Shown here in pieces: positions 51,922-61,426 of a stretch of DNA of 64,000 bases (positions are counted from its first letter, which is position 1; every line of letters begins with the position of its first letter). The notes beneath the pieces were generated by a model. It saw only the letters and a program-made list of their open reading frames with translations, did not search any database and had not been told where the DNA came from. Source of the DNA: an uncultured Clostridia bacterium (GTDB taxonomy: Bacteria; Bacillota; Clostridia; Christensenellales; Pumilibacteraceae); the NCBI GenBank assembly GCA_934277845.1, contig CAKQVV010000001.1, forward strand, positions 2,531 through 66,530. Reading direction: 5' to 3'. Made by a program: the position numbers and the translations under genes.

Positions 51922-52104
51922 ATGAACCAGCAAACGGCTTTTGAAAAGGCGTGCTCGGAGTACGCCGAATCGCTTTTAACGTCGGTCCCTAAGCGCAACG
52001 TGTCGATCGATTATCTCGATCGGCTCACCCGCAAAATTCTTGCTGTTCGCATGCGGGAAATTCGCTATGCGATGTCGCTCCGCTGCGTCAAGAGCCGACG
52101 CTGA
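51922..52104 (+). CDS. Candidate small protein (60 aa), no recognisable family
   Basis: The ATG is preceded by AAGGAAG and a promoter-like sequence ~85 nt upstream. There is no other support. Confidence 0.3.
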   Translation: MNQQTAFEKACSEYAESLLTSVPKRNVSIDYLDRLTRKILAVRMREIRYAMSLRCVKSRR

Positions 52105-52423
52105 TGCCTTCGCCCCGGCGGACGTGCCTGCTCCCGCATGTCATAATATCCCCACAGCCGGTTGCATCGCCGAAAACCGAACGGTGTCTTAACCTCTTTT
52201 GCGCAGGTCTTTCTCTATAAAAATCCGCGCCTGATTTTCCGCACCGGTTTTTTATGCTAACGGCAGAGAAACATTTTTAAAATCCACGGCAAAATATCCG
52301 CGACTATTTTCAATTCCGCAGTTATACCGGGCGGCGGATTGTTCCGGCTACGGTTTTTTGCGCGACGAAAACAGTCCCGAATCGCTTTTATGAAATTCGT
52401 GACGGCAAACCTTGCAATATCGT

Positions 52424-52453
52424 TTGACAAGCCGCCTTATTTTGTGATATAAA
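52424..52453 (+). promoter_or_regulatory. Promoter of tRNA-Ser
   Basis: TTGACA (52424-52429), 17-18 nt, ATATAA/TATAAA (52447-52453), about 35 nt upstream of the tRNA. Confidence 0.5.
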
Positions 52454-52487
52454 TATAAGGCTGCCAAAGAGAAAAACTTACTCCCGT

Positions 52488-52577
52488 GGAGAGATGGCAG
52501 AGCGGTTGAATGCGCACGATTCGAAATCGTGTTACGGCCGAAACCGTACTGGGGTTCAAATCCCCATCTCTCCGCCA
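52488..52577 (+). tRNA. tRNA-Ser (anticodon CGA), long variable arm, CCA encoded
   Basis: Manual cloverleaf: GGAGAGA UG GCA GAGCGGUUGAA UGC G CACGA UUCGAAA UCGUG [UUACGGCCGAAACCGUAC] UGGGG UUCAAAU CCCCA UCUCUCC G CCA. Confidence 0.9.
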
Positions 52578-52583
52578 GAAGCG

Positions 52584-52625
52584 AAACTCGTTTGAACTTT
52601 TGAGGTTCAAGCGAGTTTTTCTCGT
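52584..52625 (+). terminator. Intrinsic terminator after tRNA-Ser
   Basis: AAACTCGTTTGAAC-ttttgag-GTTCAAGCGAGTTT followed by TTT. Confidence 0.7.
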
Positions 52626-52807
52626 TTTTGGCGGTTGCTTTGCTCTTTTTTCCGATTGTTTTGCCCACACCGGCAAGCAAGTCGGCGGTATCCTTTCTTT
52701 TTATCGCCGCCGGGCGGTTGGTATCGGCGTTATAGAAAACTAAATCTTATCGTCACACAATATGGCGCGGTTTATAAACGAGTTGAAAAACTCGTTTTTC
52801 GGTATAC

Positions 52808-52834
52808 AAAAAAGCGGCGGAAAATTCCGTCGCT
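52808..52834 (-). terminator. Intrinsic terminator of hup
   Basis: The minus strand reads AGCGACGG-aauuuu-CCGCCGCU followed by UUUUUU. Confidence 0.6.
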
Positions 52835-52912
52835 TTTCGTTGACTGAAAACGTCTGTCGTGGCGGTGCCCGATTGCGGCGTTATGCCGCAAAACGCACTG
52901 CCCGTCTCTCGC

Positions 52913-53185
52913 TTAGTTGAACATATCCTTGTAGGATTTGCCGAAACGAAGCGACGGCGCTTTGCTCGCCTTGATGGTGACTTTCGCACCGGTAAGCGGG
53001 TTGATGCCCTCGCGCTCGGGTTTCTCTTTAAGTTCGAAAGTACCGAAACCTGCGAGCTGAATCTTGTCGCCGCCGAGCAAAGTTTCTTTAACTACCTCTG
53101 CGAGCGCGTCAAAAGTTTTAGCCGCGTCTTTATCGGTCACTCCGGCCTTCGCCGCGATTGCTTTGATAAATTCCCCTTTGTTCAT
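52913..53185 (-). CDS. hup: HU-family DNA-binding protein
   Basis: 90 aa. MNKGEFIKAIAAKAGVTDKDAAKTFDALAEVVKETLLGGDKIQLAGFGTFELKEKPEREGINPLTGAKVTIKASKAPSLRFGKSYKDMFN is canonical HU. AGGAGG RBS. Confidence 0.95.
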   Translation of the reverse strand: MNKGEFIKAIAAKAGVTDKDAAKTFDALAEVVKETLLGGDKIQLAGFGTFELKEKPEREGINPLTGAKVTIKASKAPSLRFGKSYKDMFN

Positions 53186-53214
53186 AACAAAAACCTCCTG
53201 AGTTTGTTATACGT

Positions 53215-53243
53215 ATTATACCACAACGCAGTCGATTAGTCAA
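53215..53243 (-). promoter_or_regulatory. Promoter of hup (extended -10)
   Basis: Minus strand TTGACT (53238-53243), 17 nt ending in TGG, TATAAT (53215-53220). Confidence 0.6.
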
Positions 53244-53360
53244 CGGATTGCGCGATATATAATGTTTTCCGACACAAAATTACGCGAAAAAACGCGATTT
53301 CGACGTCCGTTGTCATCGAGTAATATACCGAATCCCGATCGTACCGCACGCTCCTCCCAC

Positions 53361-53395
53361 AAAAAAAACGCGCTGTCATAGCGGCAACGCGTTTT
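53361..53395 (-). terminator. Intrinsic terminator of tuf
   Basis: The minus strand reads AAAACGCG-15 nt-CGCGUUUU followed by a U-run, 25 nt after the tuf stop. Confidence 0.55.
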
Positions 53396-53419
53396 CGTTT
53401 TTCATAATTTCAAGCGAAA

Positions 53420-54649
<1,230 letters not shown>

Positions 54650-54762
54650 TGTTATTTTTCCTCCGGAATAATTTTTTGGTTTTAATTTTCGATTTATCTT
54701 CGGGAAAAACCCGAAGGCTTGCCGCGAACACGCCTATGAGGCTTGTCCGCTCCCTTTCTCAT

Positions 54763-54791
54763 ATTATAAATGAATTTTTGTTTTTTTTCAA
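54763..54791 (-). promoter_or_regulatory. Internal promoter in front of tuf
   Basis: Minus strand TTGAAA (54786-54791), 17 nt, TATAAT (54763-54768), within the 172-bp fusA-tuf spacer. Confidence 0.55.
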
Positions 54792-54821
54792 TCGTTTTGA
54801 CGCAAAAAACTCAAAAATTAT

Positions 54822-56939
54822 TTACTCTTTTTTGGCTCTTTCGCCGATAACCTTATCGGCAATAGCCTTCGGAACTTCCGCATAGTGATCAAAGGTCATG
54901 GTGTAGTTGCCTCTGCCCTGGGTGCGCGAACGAAGGTCGGTCGCGTAACCGAACATTTCGGCAAGAGGAATCTCGGCATGAACTTCCTGAGTTCCGTTGA
55001 CGATTTCCATACCCATGAGGTTGCCGCGGCGCGAACTGATGTTGCCCATAACGTCGCCGAGGTATTCTTCGGGAAGCGTCACGTCCACTTTCATGATGGG
55101 TTCCATAAGCATAGGATCCGCCTTGCGCATGCCCTCTTTGAAAGCCATCGAGCCTGCGATCTTGAACGCCATTTCGGACGAGTCGACGTCGTGGTAACTT
55201 CCGTCGTAAACGGTGACTTTGAAGTCGACGCATTCGTAACCGCCGAGGATACCGCTCATCTTCGCTTCTCTTATGCCGGCGTCGATAGCGGGGATATACT
55301 CCTTCGGGATCGAGCCGCCGACGGTCTTGTCTTCGAATACGTAACCCGAACCGGGCTCGAGGGGTTCCATGTAGATTTTGCAGTGACCGTACTGACCTTT
55401 ACCGCCGGACTGACGAATATACTTGCCTTCGACGTCGACCTTACGGCGGATCGCCTCACGGTAAGCAACCTGCGGCTTGCCGACGTTTGCCTCGACCTTG
55501 AATTCGCGGAGCATACGATCGACGATGATTTCAAGGTGAAGTTCGCCCATGCCGGCGATGATTGTCTGACCGGTTTCCTGATCGGTATAGGTCTTGAAAG
55601 TCGGATCTTCTTCGGCGAGCTTGACGAGAGCCATAGTCATTTTTTCCTGGCTTGCCTTGGTCTTGGGTTCGATAGCGACTCTGATGACCGGCTCGGGGAA
55701 TTCCATGCTCTCCAGCACGATGGGATGAGCGGCGTCGCACAGCGTATCGCCGGTGGTGGTATCTTTAAGTCCTACTAGCGCGCAGATGTCGCCGGCATAA
55801 ATCTCTTCGATTTCGGAACGGTTGTTCGCGTGCATCATAAGAATACGTCCGACGCGTTCTTTCTTGTCCTTGGTGGAGTTAAGAACATAGGAACCTGCCT
55901 GGAGCGTACCCGAGTAGCAACGGAAGAACGCAAGTTTGCCGACGAACGGATCCGCCATGATCTTGAATGCAAGACCTGCAAACGGAGCCGAGTCGCTGGT
56001 TTCGCGCTCTTCGACGGTAACGCCGTCCAAAAGCGTGCCTTTGACGTGCGGAACGTCGAGCGGCGACGGCATGTAATCGACGATTGCGTCGAGCAGCTTC
56101 TGCACGCCCTTGTTCTTGAACGAACTGCCGCAGGTCACGGGATTGATTTTCATCGCGATCGTGAGTTTGCGGATAGCCTTTTTGATTTCCTCTACGGTGA
56201 AATCCGCGCCTTCGTTCTCAAAGTATCTCTCCATGAGATCGTCGTCGGCTTCGGCTACGATTTCGAGAAGTTTGGCACGATATTCGTTCGCCTGGTCGAC
56301 ATACTCCGCGGGAATATCGGACTCGTCCATGACGGTGCCGAGGTCGTCTTTGTAGACGTCGGCTTTCATGGTGACGAGGTCGATAACGCCCACGAACGTG
56401 TCGGCGGCACCGATAGGCAACTGAATCGCTACCGGGTTTGCTTTAAGATGCGAACGCATCATGTCCATGACGTTGAAGAAGTTCGCGCCGTCGCGGTCCA
56501 TCTTGTTGACGTAAGCGATACGGGGAACGCCGTACTTGTCCGCCTGACGCCAGACGGTTTCGGACTGGGGCTGAACGCCGCCGCGCGCACAGAACACCGC
56601 GACAGCACCGTCGAGGACTTTAAGCGAGCGCTCGACTTCTACGGTGAAGTCGACGTGTCCCGGGGTATCGATGATGTTGATACGGGTAAACGGCTCGGTG
56701 CTGCCGGCGCTGCGATCGACTCTCCACTGGGTGGTGGTAGCCGCGGAAGTAATGGTAATACCGCGTTCCTGCTCCTGCTCCATCCAGTCCATGGTAGCCG
56801 CGCCCTCGTGGACCTCGCCTATTTTGTGGGTTTTGCCCGTGTAATAAAGGATACGTTCGGTCGTCGTGGTTTTGCCCGCGTCGATGTGAGCCATAATACC
56901 GATATTACGCGTGTTTTCCAAACTGTATTGTCTTGGCAT
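54822..56939 (-). CDS. fusA: Translation elongation factor G
   Basis: 705 aa. [24 protein letters not shown]..., [15 protein letters not shown]. Confidence 0.98.
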   Translation of the reverse strand: MPRQYSLENTRNIGIMAHIDAGKTTTTERILYYTGKTHKIGEVHEGAATMDWMEQEQERGITITSAATTTQWRVDRSAGSTEPFTRINIIDTPGHVDFTVEVERSLKVLDGAVAVFCARGGVQPQSETVWRQADKYGVPRIAYVNKMDRDGANFFNVMDMMRSHLKANPVAIQLPIGAADTFVGVIDLVTMKADVYKDDLGTVMDESDIPAEYVDQANEYRAKLLEIVAEADDDLMERYFENEGADFTVEEIKKAIRKLTIAMKINPVTCGSSFKNKGVQKLLDAIVDYMPSPLDVPHVKGTLLDGVTVEERETSDSAPFAGLAFKIMADPFVGKLAFFRCYSGTLQAGSYVLNSTKDKKERVGRILMMHANNRSEIEEIYAGDICALVGLKDTTTGDTLCDAAHPIVLESMEFPEPVIRVAIEPKTKASQEKMTMALVKLAEEDPTFKTYTDQETGQTIIAGMGELHLEIIVDRMLREFKVEANVGKPQVAYREAIRRKVDVEGKYIRQSGGKGQYGHCKIYMEPLEPGSGYVFEDKTVGGSIPKEYIPAIDAGIREAKMSGILGGYECVDFKVTVYDGSYHDVDSSEMAFKIAGSMAFKEGMRKADPMLMEPIMKVDVTLPEEYLGDVMGNISSRRGNLMGMEIVNGTQEVHAEIPLAEMFGYATDLRSRTQGRGNYTMTFDHYAEVPKAIADKVIGERAKKE

Positions 56940-56959
56940 AGTCGTTTCTCTCCGAATGA

Positions 56960-57430
56960 TTACCAGCGGTAGTGAGCAAACGCCTTGTTCGCTTCGGCCG
57001 CACGGTGCATTTCTTCTTTACGCTTGACGGACGCGCCCGTATTGTTGTAGGCGTCGAGGATTTCGCCGGCGAGTTTTTCCTTCATGGTGTTCTCGCTGCG
57101 CTTTCTCGCAAATCCGACCATCCAGCGGATAGCCAGCGTCTGACGACGTTCGGGACGGATTTCCATAGGCACCTGGTAGGTAGAACCGCCTACGCGGCGT
57201 GCCTTGACTTCGAGCACGGGTTTGACGTTTTCGAGCGCGGCGAGGAAAATCTCCTCGGGTGCGCCGCCCGTTTTCTCTTTTACGATCTCGAAAGCCTCGT
57301 AAACGATACTCTGAGCCGTTCCCTTTTTGCCGTCCAGCATGACCTGGTTAGTAAGCTTCGTGATAACCTTGCTGTTATACATAGGATCCGGAAGCACGTC
57401 GCGCTTCGGAACCCCGCTTCTTCTTGGCAT
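56960..57430 (-). CDS. rpsG: 30S ribosomal protein S7
   Basis: 156 aa. [37 protein letters not shown]... Confidence 0.97.
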   Translation of the reverse strand: MPRRSGVPKRDVLPDPMYNSKVITKLTNQVMLDGKKGTAQSIVYEAFEIVKEKTGGAPEEIFLAALENVKPVLEVKARRVGGSTYQVPMEIRPERRQTLAIRWMVGFARKRSENTMKEKLAGEILDAYNNTGASVKRKEEMHRAAEANKAFAHYRW

Positions 57431-57652
57431 AATTGTTTTCTCCTTATTCAGATTTTTTCAGACCGGAAAGGTCTTGAGTAAGGAGCCGATTGTTGATTTA
57501 TAAAACTTTCTCCCGCTTTTATACGGTTTTTCCGCTTTGCGGCGCGGCGTTTGTATTTATAAAACGGAGAACAAATTACGTTATCGTCACGGCTCCTGCT
57601 TTTTCAAGCCGCAGGGAAATAATTTTCCTTCGGCCTAAACGGACCGCGCCGA

Positions 57653-58024
57653 TTACTTCGCGCGCTTTGCGCCGTATTTAGAGCGGGCTTGCTTGCGTTT
57701 AGCCACACCCGCGGTGTCGAGTGCGCCGCGAATGATGTGATAACGAACACCAGGCAAATCCTTCACTCTGCCACCACGAATAAGCACGACGCTGTGTTCC
57801 TGCAAATTGTGCCCGATTCCCGGGATATAAACAGTACCTTCCATCTTGTTTACAAGACGAACTCTTGCGATCTTGCGAAGAGCCGAGTTAGGCTTCTTCG
57901 GGGTGGTGGTCGTCACCGACAAACAAACGCCGCGCTTCTGCGGGTTGTTTTCGAGAATAGGACTCATCGATTTGAATTCTACTTTCTCGCGACCTTTCCT
58001 GATCAACTGGTTAATAGTTGGCAT
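57653..58024 (-). CDS. rpsL: 30S ribosomal protein S12
   Basis: 123 aa from ATG 58022-58024 ([14 protein letters not shown]...), with AAAGGAGG upstream. The 186-aa track ORF is an artefactual 5' extension. Confidence 0.97.
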   Translation of the reverse strand: MPTINQLIRKGREKVEFKSMSPILENNPQKRGVCLSVTTTTPKKPNSALRKIARVRLVNKMEGTVYIPGIGHNLQEHSVVLIRGGRVKDLPGVRYHIIRGALDTAGVAKRKQARSKYGAKRAK

Positions 58025-58139
58025 TATTACTCTACCTCCTTTCAGTAGTCTTGCCCGCCCTTGTATAAAAGCAGGACTTATTCTTTCGCCGCAACGAAAG
58101 ATTGCGCGGTAAATTTTCCGCACCCGACTATTATACATA

Positions 58140-58169
58140 CTTTCCAAGGCATTTGTCAACGATTTTGCG
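58140..58169 (-). promoter_or_regulatory. Promoter of the rpsL-rpsG-fusA operon
   Basis: Minus strand TTGACA (58164-58169), 18 nt, TATAAT (58140-58145). Confidence 0.6.
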
Positions 58170-58291
58170 GGCTTAATGAGGAATTTCGGACTTTTAACCG
58201 TGATTTTTTGCATAAAACGCCGTTCCGGCTCCCGTCGCTTTGGTCATTTCGCACAAAATAATCCGTAATGAAAAATTTATCGCGAAAACGG

Positions 58292-58320
58292 TTGATTTTG
58301 ACGGACGTTTTTAGTATAAT
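58292..58320 (+). promoter_or_regulatory. Promoter of the HPr-like gene
   Basis: TTGATT (58292-58297), 17 nt, TATAAT (58315-58320). Confidence 0.55.
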
Positions 58321-58364
58321 GATTACAACTTAAAATCCTTATGTATAAGGGAGGAGCAAAACCT

Positions 58365-58595
58365 ATGAAATCCGTAAAAATCCTTCTCAGCATGGCTGAA
58401 AGCGTAAAGAAGTTCGTTGCCATCGTCAGCAAGTATCCCTATGACATCGACCTTCACAGCGGTCGTTTCGTCATCGACGCAAAATCTCTCCTGGGCATTT
58501 TCAGCCTCGACTTGTCGAAACCCGTCGTGCTCGAAGTTCATTCCGACAAGTGCGACGATCTTCTCGCGGAACTGAAAGACTACATAGTAGACTAA
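58365..58595 (+). CDS. HPr-fold protein lacking the His15 phosphorylation site
   Basis: 76 aa from ATG 58365 (GGGAGGAG upstream). DAKSLLGIFSLDL aligns with the KSIMGVMSLG (Ser46) region of HPr. The His15 position reads SMAESVKKF. Confidence 0.55.
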   Translation: MKSVKILLSMAESVKKFVAIVSKYPYDIDLHSGRFVIDAKSLLGIFSLDLSKPVVLEVHSDKCDDLLAELKDYIVD

Positions 58596-58677
58596 TCCGC
58601 GCAGGCGTTATCGGAACGGTACACAAGACTCGTCCCTGCTTTACGGCGGGGACTTTCTTTTTCCCGGAACTTTACAA

Positions 58678-60024
58678 ATGGACGAAATCGGAAAAAACGA
58701 CGTAATAGAACTTACCGTGACCGGTCAGGGTATGGACGGCGAAGGAGTCGCCCGGGCGGACGGCAAAACCGTGTTTATACGCGGCGCGCTCCCCGGCGAA
58801 AAGGTGCGGGCAAAGGTCATACTGGTAAAACCGCGCTTCGACGTGGCGATACTCGAAAAAGTGCTCGTCCCCTCTCCCGCCCGCGTCGCGCCGCCCTGTC
58901 CCGCGTTCGGCAAATGCGGCGGGTGCGATATTCAGCACGAAGATTACTCCGCGCAACTGAGTTTCAAGCGCGGACTCGTGACGGACGCGCTCAAAAAAGC
59001 GGGCGGGTTCGATTCGGTCGAGGTCGGCGAAGTCGTGCCCAGCGACAAAGTTTTCCGCTACCGCAACAAACTGTCGCTGCCCGTCAGGCGCGGCGGCAAG
59101 GTCGGACTTTTCGCCAAAGGAAGCCATCGCGTGGTTGAAACCGACGACTGTCTGCTGCAATACGAAAACAATCGGCTTCTGATTGCCGCGATTAAAGAAT
59201 TTATGACCGAAGAAGGTTACGACGGCTATGACGAGCAGGATTTTTCCGGCGATATACGGCATCTTGTGTCGCGCGAAGTCGGCGGACGGCTGTGCGTGAC
59301 GGTGGTTGCGACGCACCCGATCGATATTCGCGGATTCGCCGGGCGCGTGCGCAAGTTTTCGCCAGCCGCCGAAGTGTGGCTTAACGTGAACGCACGCCGT
59401 GACAACGTGATTCTGGGTTCGGCGTGGAAAAAGGTTTGCGGCACGGACGAGCCGGCGATCGCAGACGGTATGAAAACCGCGTTGCACCCTGCCGGGTTCT
59501 TTCAGGTGAACGACGGCGTGCGCGAAAAACTGTACGCGTTTGTGTCCGCGCTGTGCTCGGGCGGAATCGCGATCGAGGCTTATTCGGGCGCGGGACTTCT
59601 CGGCGCGGCCATGGCGAAGAACGCCGACGAGGTTTTCGGTATCGAAATCAACCGCGAGGCTCACGAGGCGGCGATTAAACTCGCGCGCGACAACGTCATC
59701 GGCAATATGACTTCGATACCCGGCGACGTGGGCGAAAAACTGCCCGAAGTGCTGAAAACGATCATCTCGCGCAACGGCGGCAATCGCGACACTTTTATCG
59801 TGCTGGATCCTCCGCGCGGCGGCGTGGCTAAGGAAGTAGCGGATCTTATCGGTAGTTCCGGCGCGGAAAACGTCGTATACGTCAGTTGTAATCCCGCCAC
59901 CCTTGCCCGCGACCTGAAAATAATCTGCGGCTACGGCTACGGGATTTTATCCGTTACGCCTTTCGACATGTTCCCCCAAACCGCAAACGTCGAAACGGTA
60001 GTAAGGTTAAAGTTAGAGCGGTAA
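58678..60024 (+). CDS. 23S rRNA (uracil-C5)-methyltransferase, RumA/RlmD family (TRAM domain + [4Fe-4S] + SAM methyltransferase)
   Basis: 448 aa. N-terminal TRAM-like LTVTGQGMDGEGVARADGKTVFIRGALPGEKV, the cysteine cluster CPAFGKCGGCDIQH, GFFQVN, DPPRGG and YVSCNPATLARD. Confidence 0.85.
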   Translation: MDEIGKNDVIELTVTGQGMDGEGVARADGKTVFIRGALPGEKVRAKVILVKPRFDVAILEKVLVPSPARVAPPCPAFGKCGGCDIQHEDYSAQLSFKRGLVTDALKKAGGFDSVEVGEVVPSDKVFRYRNKLSLPVRRGGKVGLFAKGSHRVVETDDCLLQYENNRLLIAAIKEFMTEEGYDGYDEQDFSGDIRHLVSREVGGRLCVTVVATHPIDIRGFAGRVRKFSPAAEVWLNVNARRDNVILGSAWKKVCGTDEPAIADGMKTALHPAGFFQVNDGVREKLYAFVSALCSGGIAIEAYSGAGLLGAAMAKNADEVFGIEINREAHEAAIKLARDNVIGNMTSIPGDVGEKLPEVLKTIISRNGGNRDTFIVLDPPRGGVAKEVADLIGSSGAENVVYVSCNPATLARDLKIICGYGYGILSVTPFDMFPQTANVETVVRLKLER

Positions 60025-60119
60025 TTCGCCCTATAATCCGAATTTAAGATAAGGTTAATTTATTATTTATTTTAATTTGTGGTAGATAGTTTAGTTATAA
60101 TGGTATGGCTTTTGCTTGT
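60020..60119 (+). repeat. AT-rich 3'-flank element, family B, copy 2
   Basis: GGTAATTCGC (which contains the rumA-like stop codon) ...AAGGTTAATTTATTATTTATTTTAATTTGTGGTAGATAGTTTAGTTATAATGGTATGGCTTTTGCTTGT. It matches the reverse complement of 12719-12810. Confidence 0.7.
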
Positions 60120-60146
60120 AGAAGCGAGTGAAAGCCATACTTTTTT
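60103..60146 (+). terminator. Intrinsic terminator of the rumA-like gene
   Basis: GTATGGCTTT-18 nt-AAAGCCATAC followed by TTTTTT. Confidence 0.65.
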
Positions 60147-60278
60147 CAAGCGAAGAAAAAAGTATCAAAAAAGTCGTCGGGGACACTTGCGACTGTGTCC
60201 CCGATCCCCCGCAACGCTTTATAGGTCGTAAGCTAGATAACAGCAACTGCACCGCGTGACTACCGCATTGTTGTCTAA

Positions 60279-60323
60279 CGTCATACTGAGGGAGTGCCGT
60301 TGCACGACCGTGAGGATCCCCTG
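60279..60323 (+). repeat. Family A element, solo right arm
   Basis: CGTCATACTGAGGGA-GTGC cgtt GCAC-GACCGTGAGGATCCCCTGC. It has the same architecture and orientation as 1517-1586, but no matching left arm or centre. Confidence 0.55.
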
Positions 60324-60353
60324 CATCAAACGACTAATAACCTTTTTATAATC

Positions 60354-60394
60354 ACAAAAAACACCCGCGTTTCCGGCGGGTGCTTCGTTTTATA
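60354..60394 (-). terminator. Intrinsic terminator of recR
   Basis: The minus strand reads GCACCCGCC-ggaaac-GCGGGUGU followed by UUUUUG. The shape is bidirectional. Confidence 0.7.
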
Positions 60395-60425
60395 TCCTTA
60401 TTATTTTACAATTATACTCTTCCCG

Positions 60426-61010
60426 CTAGATTTCGGTGCGGGATTCGAGCGCGCGGGAAAGCGTGACTTCGTCGGCGTACTCGATTTCGCTGCCCATGCT
60501 GACGCCCTGCGCGATACGCGTGACTTTAACGCCCAAGGGCTTTAAAAGCCGCGCAAGGTACACTGCCGTCGCCTCGCCCTCGACGTCGGGGTTGGTGGCG
60601 ACGATGACTTCTCTCACTCCGTCAAGCCGCGCAAGCAGTTCCTTGATGCGAAGGTCGTCCGGTCCTCTGCCTTCGAGCGGATCGAGCGTGCCGCCGAGGA
60701 CGTGGTAGACGAACGTCCTGCCCGCAACGCGTTCCAGCGAAAGGATATCCTTCGGCTCGGCAACCACGCAAATCACGCTGTGGTCGCGCGTTTTGCAAAT
60801 ATCGCAAATGTCGTCCTCGGTGAAATTGCCGCAGACGGAACAGAACTTAATCTTGTCCTTGACTTCGCGGATTGCGTCCGAAAACTCGCCCGCGTCCTCG
60901 TTGCTCATGCCGATGACGGCGTAGGCGTAACGCTGGGCGGTCTTTTGCCCCACGCCCGGGAGCGTCATGAACCGCGCGATCAGTTTTTGTATGGAATCGG
61001 GTTGACGCAT
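60426..61010 (-). CDS. recR: Recombination protein RecR
   Basis: 194 aa from ATG 61008-61010 (MRQPDSIQKLIARFMTLPGVGQKTAQRYAY..). It has the Cys4 zinc finger CSVCGNFTEDDICDIC and a Toprim segment. The 224-aa track ORF is over-extended. Confidence 0.93.
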   Translation of the reverse strand: MRQPDSIQKLIARFMTLPGVGQKTAQRYAYAVIGMSNEDAGEFSDAIREVKDKIKFCSVCGNFTEDDICDICKTRDHSVICVVAEPKDILSLERVAGRTFVYHVLGGTLDPLEGRGPDDLRIKELLARLDGVREVIVATNPDVEGEATAVYLARLLKPLGVKVTRIAQGVSMGSEIEYADEVTLSRALESRTEI

Positions 61011-61014
61011 TGTT

Positions 61015-61347
61015 TTACAGCATGCCGCCAACGCCCGCAGGCATGAGCGAAGCAGAGAGTTCGTCCGCCTTTTCGGCAGCCGCGTTGAACGCCGCCGCAA
61101 CGAGATCTTCCAGCATTTCCACGTCGTCGGGATCGACCGCTTCGGGCTTGATCGAAACCGCTGTGACGCGCTTATCCCCCGTCATGGTGACGGTGACCAT
61201 GCCGCCCGCCGTGCCTTCGACTTCGGTATTCTTGATCTCTTCCTGCGCCTGCTTCATCTGTTCCTGTAATTTCTGGGCTTGTTTCATCATGGCCTGCATG
61301 TTCATGCCGCCGCCCATGCCGAAACCGCCTCTGCCGCCGTATGCCAT
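61015..61347 (-). CDS. ybaB: YbaB/EbfC-family nucleoid-associated protein
   Basis: 110 aa. ...[47 protein letters not shown].. in the conserved dnaX-ybaB-recR context. Confidence 0.9.
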   Translation of the reverse strand: MAYGGRGGFGMGGGMNMQAMMKQAQKLQEQMKQAQEEIKNTEVEGTAGGMVTVTMTGDKRVTAVSIKPEAVDPDDVEMLEDLVAAAFNAAAEKADELSASLMPAGVGGML

Positions 61348-61426
61348 AAGTGTTATCTCCTTTCGCGTTTGCCGCGCCGCTTTCCGCGGATAATTATTTG
61401 CGTTTTGTTTATCTGTCGAAACCGCG

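Noticed and set aside
52348-52680. A 110-aa minus-strand ORF and other small ORFs over tRNA-Ser
   Set aside because: They overlap a well-folded tRNA and its terminator. There is no RBS and the sequence is implausible.
57653-58213. Long 5' extensions of track ORFs: rpsL 186 aa, recR 224 aa (to 61100), ABC subunit 647 aa (to 38883), sdaA 420 aa (to 40586), degV 301 aa (to 51620), and others
   Set aside because: Internal start codons have proper GGAGG-type RBSs and give the canonical N-termini (MPTINQL, MRQPDSIQKL, MEKTKRK, MKSLKALYRIG, MKKVAIVTD). The extensions run through promoters or neighbouring genes.
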